The translations under genes and the position numbers were made by a program. From Nitrospira sp. (lineage in GTDB: Bacteria; Nitrospirota; Nitrospiria; Nitrospirales; Nitrospiraceae): DNA of 64,000 bases. How positions within the stretch are numbered: the first letter of the stretch is position 1; every line of letters begins with the position of its first letter. Below the pieces are notes generated by a model. It was not told where the DNA came from. It ran no database searches and saw only the letters and a program-made list of their open reading frames with translations. Shown piece after piece: positions 1-8,818 of the stretch. The stretch is from contig AP038806.1 of assembly GCA_047150005.1 (NCBI GenBank), forward strand, positions 832,001 through 896,000, in the 5' to 3' direction.

Positions 1-968
1 AACGCCTTGCAGAGCCCGCCGATCATATCGCTCACGGTCACGGCGGATTCCACCTGAATGACGTAGGTCACGAACGGAAAACCCAGCGACCGCATGACGA
101 CCGCTCCGCCGACCAGGCCCAGAAATCCGGCCCAGATCGACAAGAGCGGCGTCATGGCCACAGCCGCGATCAGCCGCGGCACGACCAAAAAGTCCACCGG
201 CTCCAACCCCATGGTGACGAGGGCGTCGAGTTCCTCACTGACTTTCATCGTGCCCAGTTCGGCGGCAAAGGCTGATCCGGAACGTCCGGCCAGAATGATC
301 GCGGTCAGCAGCGGGCCCAATTCGCGAAGCATCGAAAGGCCGATCAAATTGGCGACATAGATATCCGCGCCGAACTCGCGCATGGGAATTGCGGATTGAA
401 AGGCCATGATCAGCCCCAAGAGAAAACCCAGCAGCGCGACGATCGGCAGGGCGTTGACACCCGCCAGCTCAGCCGTCAGGAACACATCCTTCCATCGCAC
501 GAGGCCCGGATGCCGCGCGGCCCGCCCAAGCGCCGCGCACAGCTCGCCCACGAACGCGATTAAGGCCACGACGTCGCGCCACAGCGTGACGGTGGCACGG
601 CCGATCTGTTCCACGGACGACCACCCCGGCGACGCCGGCTCGGGATGAGGGCGATCGGAGTGACCGTAGAGATCGAGGAGCGACTGAGCGGCGGCGTTGA
701 GAGACCGAATCTCATACGATCCGCGACGATCCAGTTGACGCCTCTGCAGTTCCAACAACAGGGCCGCCCCGGCTCCGTCGCAATAGGTCAACCGCGCGGC
801 ATCGACGATCACGCGTGTGGGGTTCGACTGTCTGAGCGCATGGAGCGCGGCTCGCCAGGCCTGGCCGGTGGTGCTGGTGTCGAGGGGGCCGTCGATGAAA
901 AAAATGAGCCCGCCGTCGGCATCGGAATTCGCCTGGAGGACGACCTGTGCGGTCTCGGCGGATGCCAT
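1..968 (-). CDS. mlaE: MlaE-family ABC permease with N-terminal STAS-like domain (3' end outside window)
   Basis: Manual minus-strand translation, not in ORF track: MASAETAQ...RELGPLLTAIILAGRSGSAFAAELGTMKVSEELDALVTMGLEPVDFLVVPR, the MlaE signature. Alternative in-frame ATG at 989. Confidence 0.9.
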   Translation of the reverse strand, partial: MASAETAQVVLQANSDADGGLIFFIDGPLDTSTTGQAWRAALHALRQSNPTRVIVDAARLTYCDGAGAALLLELQRRQLDRRGSYEIRSLNAAAQSLLDLYGHSDRPHPEPASPGWSSVEQIGRATVTLWRDVVALIAFVGELCAALGRAARHPGLVRWKDVFLTAELAGVNALPIVALLGFLLGLIMAFQSAIPMREFGADIYVANLIGLSMLRELGPLLTAIILAGRSGSAFAAELGTMKVSEELDALVTMGLEPVDFLVVPRLIAAVAMTPLLSIWAGFLGLVGGAVVMRSLGFPFVTYVIQVESAVTVSDMIGGLCKA

Positions 969-1207
969 TACGCGCGCCTCTCCGACCATGAGGACAAAGA
1001 ATTGTACGAGAGACACGCGTGAGGATTCAACCGTCGTCGTGGAATTCAAGCTATTTCCCTAAGCACCACCTTGATGCTCCTGTCCGGGCCGGACCCCGCT
1101 CGTAACCGGCGGCATTGACGGCGGAAGGACGGGCGGCTAGAGTGTCGCCGCCGGGGAGACCAGTCCGGCACCCCGACTCCATCGTCACGAACCAGATCAG
1201 ACGCGTC

Positions 1208-3613
1208 ATGAACGCCTTACGCCCGATACCTGCACCCCGATGGACCGTTTCCCTGTTCGCCGCCTTGATCGTTGCGCTTCCGCCGTCGGTCTCCTCGACG
1301 CTGCCGGCCGACCCGCTCGGCATCACGAACGGAAACAGCACGACGTCGGCCGGATCGAAGCCTTCTTCCGATTCACATGGGACCCAGTCCCTCCTCGCGG
1401 ATCTCCAGACCAAGCTCGCCGCGGCTCAAAAGGAACTCCAGGAGACCGAAGCGACCGCGAAGCAGGGAAGCGCGCCGAACAGCGATACGCTCGAACGCCA
1501 GGCGCTGCTCCAGCGTCTGGTACGGGCGTACGAGCGCGAGATCGACCATCGGAAATCGCTTGAGCAGGCCCGAGAGCGGCGACAGGAAGCCGAACGCCGC
1601 GTCACCGAATGGCGGGGTTTCCCGACCCCTCCTCCCTATTCGATCCTGATGCTCGACGAACTTCGCGATGCCGCGCGCTCCACCGCGCTGGTCATCGAAG
1701 GATTGCAGGCCAAGCTCGCGCTCTCGGAGGGGTTCTCCGAGCGCGCGCAGCAAGCCCTGGCCGCCTCGGAAAAGGAACTGCGCCAAGCCTCCGAGCGACT
1801 GGAGGCCGCCCGAGACACGGCCGAAAAAGCGCGATTGAACGGGGCCCGTGACCTTTCACGTCTCCGTAACCGCGTCGCCGCCGCCACGGCGACCATGACG
1901 GCTGCGAGCAAGAGGCAGATCGAGGAAGAAACGGCCGAGATGCGCCAGCGGGCCCTCCTGCTTGAGCGGCAAATCCAGGTGGCCGCACAACATATCCTGT
2001 TCAGCGAGCAGGACCTTGCCAAGATCAAAAAGCAACTCGATGCCGACCAGGGGGCGCTGGAGAACGAGGTCGCGCGGGCGCTCGCGGAGATCCCTTTGCG
2101 CCAAGAGGCCATGACATCCACGGCCGCCAAGCTCCGCGCAAGGGAAGCCGCCCTCCCGCCGACCGGGGCGCGCACCGACAAGCAAGCCGGAGAGCTCAAG
2201 GCGCTCTCGGACGCCGTGGATCTCAGACGTCTCCAGTTCGACAACGTGAATCTCCGCATCGACATGCTCAGGCACTTGCTCGATGTCACGGAGCGGGTCC
2301 GACGATTCTGGGAGATTCGATTCGAGGCGGCACAGACGACCGATCCCGTGCGCGCGCGAGAGGCCTACGACAAGATCGCGCCCACCCTCCAGACCCTTCA
2401 TGCCTCACGCGACTATCTCCACCGCCAAGTCGATCTGCTCACCGGCCAAATCAGCGATGTCACCGCCCAATTGGAACAGCCCGCGTCCCCTTCGCATGCC
2501 GCCCATCTGCGGGAGATGATCGAGGCGTATAGACAACGGGAACAGTTGTACCGACGCATGCTGCCTCGCGTCGATGAATTCGCACAATTGATCGAGCGTT
2601 GGAAGATCGAGTTCGCGGAACAGCACCGCGCGCTGCCCATCGCCGCCAGGGTCGAAGACTGGAGGGTCGTGGGAGCCGACACGCTCCGCCGCATCTGGGA
2701 CTTCGAACTGTTCGCGGCGGAGGACACCATCGAAGTAGACGGCCAGTCCATCACGGGCCGCCGCAGCGTGACGGTGGGCAAGGCGGTGCGGGCCCTCGCC
2801 ATTCTGGTCGTGGGCTACTGGATCTGCCTCGTCATCGCCCGCCTGGTCGAGCGGTTGGCGGTCAAGCGGTTGGGCATCGACCATAACCTGGCCAATATCC
2901 TTCGCCAGTGGATGATGGTCCTGCTGTTTGCGATTCTTCTTGTCGTCAGTCTGATCTACGTCAAGATTCCTCTGACGGTCTTCGCGTTCCTGGGAGGCGC
3001 GCTGGCCATCGGCGTCGGCTTCGGCACGCAAACGCTGCTCAAGAACTTCATCAGCGGTATTCTCTTGTTGATCGAACGGCCGCTCCGCCTGGGAGACCTG
3101 ATCGAGGTCGACGGCGTGCGCGGCCGCGTCACGCACATCGGCTTCCGCTCCTCGACCATCCGCGAGGGCAACGGCATGGAAATGCTCATCCCGAACAGCA
3201 ATCTCCTGGAGAAAAACCTCAATAACTGGACCTATTCGACGGCCAAGACCCGCTTCACGCTGCGCGTCGGGGTTGCCTACGATTCGCCGACGGAGCGGGT
3301 CCGCGACCTCCTCTTGGAGGAAGCGGACCGGCACGGGCTGGTGCTCAAACATCCCGCACCGCAGGTCCTGTTCCGTGATTTCGGTGAGAATACGCTGCTG
3401 TTCGACTTGAGATTCTGGCTCGACATTGCCGCCGACGTGGACGCGGATATGGTGGCGAGCGATCTACGGTTCATGATCGCCAAAGTGTTCGGCAATGCCG
3501 GCATCGTCTTCGCGTTCCCGCAGCGCGACGTCCATCTCAAGACCGCCCAGCCGTTGCACGTGCAGGTTGTGGAAGCCCCGCGCGAGGCCGGCAATGTGGG
3601 CCTCGGACGGTGA
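1208..3613 (+). CDS. MscS-family mechanosensitive channel with large periplasmic coiled coil (MscK-like)
   Basis: C-terminal GALAIGVGFGTQTLLKNFISGILLLIERPLRLGDLIEV...IPNS...FAFPQRDVH; N-terminal signal and long helical region. ATG 1208 chosen within ORF 1115..3613. Confidence 0.9.
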   Translation: MNALRPIPAPRWTVSLFAALIVALPPSVSSTLPADPLGITNGNSTTSAGSKPSSDSHGTQSLLADLQTKLAAAQKELQETEATAKQGSAPNSDTLERQALLQRLVRAYEREIDHRKSLEQARERRQEAERRVTEWRGFPTPPPYSILMLDELRDAARSTALVIEGLQAKLALSEGFSERAQQALAASEKELRQASERLEAARDTAEKARLNGARDLSRLRNRVAAATATMTAASKRQIEEETAEMRQRALLLERQIQVAAQHILFSEQDLAKIKKQLDADQGALENEVARALAEIPLRQEAMTSTAAKLRAREAALPPTGARTDKQAGELKALSDAVDLRRLQFDNVNLRIDMLRHLLDVTERVRRFWEIRFEAAQTTDPVRAREAYDKIAPTLQTLHASRDYLHRQVDLLTGQISDVTAQLEQPASPSHAAHLREMIEAYRQREQLYRRMLPRVDEFAQLIERWKIEFAEQHRALPIAARVEDWRVVGADTLRRIWDFELFAAEDTIEVDGQSITGRRSVTVGKAVRALAILVVGYWICLVIARLVERLAVKRLGIDHNLANILRQWMMVLLFAILLVVSLIYVKIPLTVFAFLGGALAIGVGFGTQTLLKNFISGILLLIERPLRLGDLIEVDGVRGRVTHIGFRSSTIREGNGMEMLIPNSNLLEKNLNNWTYSTAKTRFTLRVGVAYDSPTERVRDLLLEEADRHGLVLKHPAPQVLFRDFGENTLLFDLRFWLDIAADVDADMVASDLRFMIAKVFGNAGIVFAFPQRDVHLKTAQPLHVQVVEAPREAGNVGLGR

Positions 3614-4673
3614 GGCCGCGTGCCGGTCAGCATGGGTTGCGCACGCGGACAGGCGGCCGGCAGCGGGAAGCATTCGTCTCACGCTCATAGTCGCCGCGGT
3701 GCTCTGGCTGCACGCTCCCGCCCTCGGCGTCGACTGGGTTCCGACCGATGCGGAAATGACCAGATACCGCGAGAGCTGGAATCCGCCGACGCACGGGACC
3801 ACGTTTACGTCCAGCGCAGACGTGACGAGGCAAGGACAGTGGTACGTCCGAGCCTATGTGCAGGGGCAAATCGGTTCCGGCCAATACGAAAACACTCCGA
3901 CATCGAACAGCACGGCCGCGCCGTTCAGCCCTGACGCCGTCGCACCGGCCGCCATCCTCTATTACGGGTTGACCCGCCATGTCAGCGTGGCGCTGGGTCT
4001 CTCATGGATCTACTGGCGGGCGGACAACCCGGATACCGAGGGGAGAACGTCGGGAGGAGGCATCGGCCCGACGAGTCTGATCTTCAAGTACCGGCCGATC
4101 GTCCAGAATCCGGATTCCTGGCGACCGTCGATCTCGCTCTACACCAAACTGTCGCTGCCGACGAATCACTGGTTCGGCACACCGGAAATCCCCGGCGGCT
4201 TTACACCGCTCTCACGCGTGCCGTCGAGCCGGTTCGAGGCGGCCGCGGTCACGGAAGGGCTGCTGTTCCGGAAAAATCTCGAGCCATTCCGCATCACCGG
4301 CAACCTGTTCTATTCCTACAATCTGCCCGGACCGAGTTCGACATCGGGTATGACCGTCTACGGCGGGGATTTGATCAGCTCTCACCTGGCGCTGGAGCAT
4401 GTTCTCGATGAACGGACCGGCTTCGGGTATCTCCTGGAGCTTGCGACGCTCAACCAACTCACCACCAGGCTGGACGGCCATCCCACCAATACGACGCCTG
4501 AAAGTTTCTGGCTCCTCGGTCTCCAACCCGGACTTGAATACACCTTTTCGCACTACGAATCAGGGGCCAAGCTTGTCGGCGCCATCGGCGTCATGTTCAC
4601 GATCGCGGGACAGAACGACATCCGCGCAATCTATCCAAATATCAGCTTCAAATACTTCTTCGACCAGAACTAG
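3594..4673 (+). CDS. Exported protein, probable outer-membrane beta-barrel (start uncertain)
   Basis: Signal-like LTLIVAAVLWLHAPALG, alternating beta-strand pattern, C-terminal NISFKYFF. Confidence 0.55.
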   Translation: MWASDGEAACRSAWVAHADRRPAAGSIRLTLIVAAVLWLHAPALGVDWVPTDAEMTRYRESWNPPTHGTTFTSSADVTRQGQWYVRAYVQGQIGSGQYENTPTSNSTAAPFSPDAVAPAAILYYGLTRHVSVALGLSWIYWRADNPDTEGRTSGGGIGPTSLIFKYRPIVQNPDSWRPSISLYTKLSLPTNHWFGTPEIPGGFTPLSRVPSSRFEAAAVTEGLLFRKNLEPFRITGNLFYSYNLPGPSSTSGMTVYGGDLISSHLALEHVLDERTGFGYLLELATLNQLTTRLDGHPTNTTPESFWLLGLQPGLEYTFSHYESGAKLVGAIGVMFTIAGQNDIRAIYPNISFKYFFDQN

Positions 4674-4693
4674 CGTCTTGCGTCATCCTGTTC

Positions 4694-4890
4694 CTAGATT
4701 CCTGCGTACCATTCGTATCCCTGATCCTCCCAATACCCTCCCTTCCCGCCTCCGATCCCCCGAGGGATGAGACCAACTCGATCCGCTCGACGTACTTCGC
4801 GTGCTTGTACCCGAGCCGACGTTCCAGTCTCAGGCGCAGCGGCGCGCCGTGGGGAACGTCGAGTGGCTTGCCGTTCAGTTCGTAAGCCAA
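4694..4890 (-). pseudogene. 3' remnant of a molybdopterin oxidoreductase (sulfite oxidase/MsrP-like), frameshifted
   Basis: LAYELNGKPLDVPHGAPLRLRLERRLGYKHAKYVERIELV, then a frameshift in a G run; the other frame gives GIGGGKGGYWEDQGYEWYAGI*. No 5' part is present. Confidence 0.85.
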
Positions 4891-5000
4891 TACAAGAGGG
4901 AACAGGCCCTGAACACCCCCCGCACTAGACCGACAGCGCCCGATTTCTCTCTGGAACCGTCATGGTCACGCCTCGGGGCAGGTCAGGCAGACAACGGAGG

Positions 5001-6035
5001 TCAATGATGCTCCTTCCGGACCTTTCCCCAGAAGAGCCGATGCAAATAGGTCTGATACAGGATCACGAGAAGAAAGCCGAATAGAAACCACCAGAGACCG
5101 ACCTGAAGTCCGTAGGTTCCGGCTGTCGCATTCATCACCGTCAGGCTATGGGCCGGATCGGTCGTGGCGATCAGGATGTTGGGGTAGGAGCCCCAAGCCG
5201 TACCGGCGAGAAGGGCCATGATGAGCAAGCTCGATGCACCGAAGGCCGCCAACTCCTGCTCCGGCTTCCGCAGAAGCATGGTCGCCGCCAAGGAAAACAG
5301 GCCGATCGCAGGGAAGAGGTATCCGATCGGATGGGCTTCGTAATTCAGATGAAAGGAAGGTTGAACCGCGGCAATCGTCACCATGACCAGACCGATAAGA
5401 CAGGCGGAGGCCCAGCCGGCGATGGCTGCAAGACGCCTGGCCCTTTCACGCAGCTCGCCGTCGGTTTTCATCGCCAGGTAATTGGCGCCGTGCATCCCGA
5501 GGATGGCCAGGCTCGTCAGCGCCGTGAGGACCGTAAACCAGTCCAGAATGCCGGGGTCAGGACCCGGCGAGAAATCCGTCCAGAGTGCGACAAAAAAATA
5601 GCCGTCACGATTGATCGGCACGCCCCGGATCAAGTTGCCGAGGGCTGCGCCGAAGACCAGGGCCAAGAGCGAGCTCGAGCCGACCAGCGCAAGATCCCAC
5701 AATTGGCGCCACAGCACATGATCCACATGCGAACGGAGTTCAATCGCCAGCCCCCGCGCGATCAAGAGCCAGAGCACGATGATCAGGGCCAGGTAGAATC
5801 CGCTGAACCCTGCCGCATAGGCTTTGGGAAAGGCGAAGAACAAGAGTCCCCCGGCTGCGATGAGCCAGACCTCATTCCCGGTCCAGACCGGCCCGATCGC
5901 GGCAAGCGCCGTTCGTCGCTCCGGTTCGCTTCGCGCCACGAAGGGATAGAGCATGCCCAGGCCGAAATCATAGCCGTCGAGCACGACATACATCGCCAAC
6001 ATGAGCGTCACGATGACGTACCAGAACGTTTCCAC
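5001..6035 (-). CDS. cydB: Cytochrome bd ubiquinol oxidase subunit II
   Basis: VLDGYDFGLG, IGPVWTGNEVWLI, FFAFPKAYA; directly downstream of cydA. Confidence 0.95.
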   Translation of the reverse strand: METFWYVIVTLMLAMYVVLDGYDFGLGMLYPFVARSEPERRTALAAIGPVWTGNEVWLIAAGGLLFFAFPKAYAAGFSGFYLALIIVLWLLIARGLAIELRSHVDHVLWRQLWDLALVGSSSLLALVFGAALGNLIRGVPINRDGYFFVALWTDFSPGPDPGILDWFTVLTALTSLAILGMHGANYLAMKTDGELRERARRLAAIAGWASACLIGLVMVTIAAVQPSFHLNYEAHPIGYLFPAIGLFSLAATMLLRKPEQELAAFGASSLLIMALLAGTAWGSYPNILIATTDPAHSLTVMNATAGTYGLQVGLWWFLFGFLLVILYQTYLHRLFWGKVRKEHH

Positions 6036-6047
6036 AGGAACCTCCCG

Positions 6048-7412
6048 TCAATGCGCCGACTGCTCCGAAGTTCCAGCGTGCGATCCGGGGCTCCCGTTCG
6101 CCGGTCCATGCCGAATCGTTTCGGCCACCAGAAACAGGAACAGCAGTCCGAGCGCGAGATAGATTCCGAGGAAACCGAGCAGGGTGAAGAGAGCGTTGCC
6201 CGAATGAACCAGCGGTGACACCCCGTCCGCGGTGCGCAAGAGACCGTAGACCAACCAGGGTTGTCTGCCGATTTCAGCCGTCATCCAACCGGCCGTCGTC
6301 GCGATGTAGGGGAAGGGAGCGGCGGCCATCAGCAGCCACAGCAGCCATCTGGAAGCAAACAGTCGTCCCCAAATGAGCCAGAGCAGCGCGAGCCCCATGA
6401 TCAGGATGAGAATCGTGCCGAGGCCGGCCATGACATGGTACGAGTAGTACAACAGAGCCAGGTTGTCTGGCCAAAGGTCATGTGGAAAGGCGTCGAGCCC
6501 TTTCACTTCCGCATACAAATCATCGTACAGCAGAAAGCTCAAGGCAGACGGCACCGTCAGCGGATTGTCGATCGTCATGGTCTCGACATTCGGCTGTCCG
6601 ACCAACACCGCCCCCGCACCCCGTTCGGTCTGAAACAATCCTTCAAATGCCGCGCCCTTGACCGGCTGGTATCGGAAGACCTGTCTGGCGTTCTCATGCC
6701 CGGTAGGAAACGCCATCAATACCGTTGCGATCGCCCCCGCGACGACGCCGGTCTTCACGAAGGTCTTCGCTTGCCGCTGGTATTGCCCCGAGAGGAGATA
6801 AAAGGCTCCGCACGCCGCCATGACGAACGAACCCGTCACGACCGCCGCCGTCATGTTGTGCGCAAATTGCCAGAAGAGCCAGGGATTCGTGAGGAGTCCG
6901 GAGAGGCTGTCGACGAAAAGCCGTCCGTCGGCCGCGACCGTATACGCCACGGGATGCTGCATCCACGCGTTGGTGGCCAGGATGAAGTAGCCGGAGAGCC
7001 ACGAGCCGAGAAACAGCATCAGCGTCGCAAGCCAGAGCACGCGCCGGCTGAAACGGGAATCCCCGTACAGCAAGATGCCCAGGAACGACGATTCGAGAAA
7101 AAACGCGAAGAGACCTTCCATCGCCAAGGTCTGGCCGATGACCCCGCCGGCGAAGTTGGAGAATTTCGCCCAGTTGGTGCCGAACTGAAACTCTAATGGA
7201 ATGCCGGTGACGATCCCGAAACCAAAGCTCAGGGCGAAGATCTTTGTCCAGAATCGGGCGGCCTGTTGATAGTGGTCGTCACCGGCCGCGAGGGCTCTGG
7301 TTCGCAGATAGAAGAGCAGCAGCGCCAGTCCCATCGTCAACTGCGGAAACAGATAGTGGAACGTGGCGGTGAAGGCGAATTGCAGGCGGTCGTAGAGCAA
7401 CGCACTGGTCAT
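6048..7412 (-). CDS. cydA: Cytochrome bd ubiquinol oxidase subunit I (short Q-loop)
   Basis: QFAFTATFHYLF, EFQFGTNW, NAWMQHP, GWMTAEIGRQPWLVYG. Confidence 0.95.
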   Translation of the reverse strand: MTSALLYDRLQFAFTATFHYLFPQLTMGLALLLFYLRTRALAAGDDHYQQAARFWTKIFALSFGFGIVTGIPLEFQFGTNWAKFSNFAGGVIGQTLAMEGLFAFFLESSFLGILLYGDSRFSRRVLWLATLMLFLGSWLSGYFILATNAWMQHPVAYTVAADGRLFVDSLSGLLTNPWLFWQFAHNMTAAVVTGSFVMAACGAFYLLSGQYQRQAKTFVKTGVVAGAIATVLMAFPTGHENARQVFRYQPVKGAAFEGLFQTERGAGAVLVGQPNVETMTIDNPLTVPSALSFLLYDDLYAEVKGLDAFPHDLWPDNLALLYYSYHVMAGLGTILILIMGLALLWLIWGRLFASRWLLWLLMAAAPFPYIATTAGWMTAEIGRQPWLVYGLLRTADGVSPLVHSGNALFTLLGFLGIYLALGLLFLFLVAETIRHGPANGSPGSHAGTSEQSAH

Positions 7413-7528
7413 GGGGTCCCCGAGCGGACGGTCGGCAATTCCGTGGCGCCTGACTCACCAAGATACAGCTGATTCCCCGGGAGACACGTTCCCTTGCCCC
7501 GTGAAGTGACGGACGGATGCGGGAAATG

Positions 7529-8140
7529 CTATCGGCTGCCCTCGCCGATGACTTCCTCGGGAGTGAACGGAATGTAATTGGCGTCCGTGAAGTTTTCCCA
7601 CACGCTACTGTCGCCGGACTTTAAGCCCCACCCCCGCGCATACACCATCATCAGGACCGGTTCGTTGCCCGGTCCCAACCCGTTCGCGCGGCCCACGACC
7701 GTCATGTCGGCCCAGTGGCGGTACGAAGTCGGAAAGCTCTGGTGGTTGTTGACGACCACCCAATACCATCCCGCTTCCGGATCATCCACACTGGGGGGTA
7801 GTTGCGGACGATAGTCCTGATCGAGCGGCCGGTTCTTCACGTGCAGCCACAGGTTGCCGTCCTTGGATTCCTCCTCGAGAATGACGGCGCCCATCACCAC
7901 AAGCCGGTCGCGATAGACCTCAGGCGCAGACGACAGCTTGGCAAGCGTGACGTTGGGAGCGGCCGCGCGCAAATACTTTCTGGGAACCGGACTGCAACCG
8001 AATGCGACCCCCACGACCAAGAGCAGGGACAGCCCGCCGATAAGTCGTCGGACGATGGATCTCCGCGACGTCCGCATCCGACCCAATCCAAACAAGGCCG
8101 CGCAGGTCTGAGCCTCCGGTCTCCCCGTCAGCGCAGCCAC
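7529..8140 (-). CDS. Slp-family outer-membrane lipoprotein (true start probably near 8077)
   Basis: Lipobox VAFGC; PEVYRDRLVVMGAVIL...RPLD..YRP...TVVG pattern. Confidence 0.65.
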   Translation of the reverse strand: MAALTGRPEAQTCAALFGLGRMRTSRRSIVRRLIGGLSLLLVVGVAFGCSPVPRKYLRAAAPNVTLAKLSSAPEVYRDRLVVMGAVILEEESKDGNLWLHVKNRPLDQDYRPQLPPSVDDPEAGWYWVVVNNHQSFPTSYRHWADMTVVGRANGLGPGNEPVLMMVYARGWGLKSGDSSVWENFTDANYIPFTPEEVIGEGSR

Positions 8141-8143
8141 GGC

Positions 8144-8692
8144 TTAGAGCGCTCCCGCAGCCTGAGCGGCTTTCATGAATTGTTCGACACACTCCGTAAT
8201 GCCGCTCTTGATGAGCAGGCCGGTCTTCATCCAGTACTTCGGCTGCCGCTGGCTGGAACGACAGGACGACGTGAAGGAAGAGCCGTCTTTCGCCGCCACA
8301 TAGAACGTGGCCACAATCTGGAACAGTTGGTCCTGCTCGCCGACGTATTCCAGATAAAACTGTTCGATCTTGCCGGACGCGATTCGCGCGGACGCCGGCT
8401 GCAGCTCATACCCGGCGAAGGCCAGCTCGCTCCTGAGCGCATTGGTAAAAAACACGCCGATGTCCTGAGAGAGATAGAGGGCTTCGACGTCCTTCGAGCT
8501 CGACTCCACTTCCTTCATCTTGACGAGTCCCGTCGGATGACCCGAATAGACGAATGCATCGACCTGGACCGGACCATGGCCCTTCAAGGACGTGGACGGC
8601 TGGTAGTTGAGATAGAGAATGCGGGGACAGCCGGCGGTCATCAGCGCTGCCGCCAGCACGACGGCCATTTTCCACAGCGGCGTTCGGACCAT
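8144..8692 (-). CDS. Hypothetical lipoprotein
   Basis: Lipobox LMTAGC; 182 aa; co-oriented with the Slp-like gene. Confidence 0.75.
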   Translation of the reverse strand: MVRTPLWKMAVVLAAALMTAGCPRILYLNYQPSTSLKGHGPVQVDAFVYSGHPTGLVKMKEVESSSKDVEALYLSQDIGVFFTNALRSELAFAGYELQPASARIASGKIEQFYLEYVGEQDQLFQIVATFYVAAKDGSSFTSSCRSSQRQPKYWMKTGLLIKSGITECVEQFMKAAQAAGAL

Positions 8693-8818
8693 CGACGATC
8701 TAGATCCCCCACCTTGGATCAGCGTGCGAGCAGCCCCGCGAGTGCGCCGAGAGACTACGGGGACGGCGGGCGCCTGTCAATAGCTAAAGGGGGCAACGGG
8801 AACTGCTCGACAAGGAAG

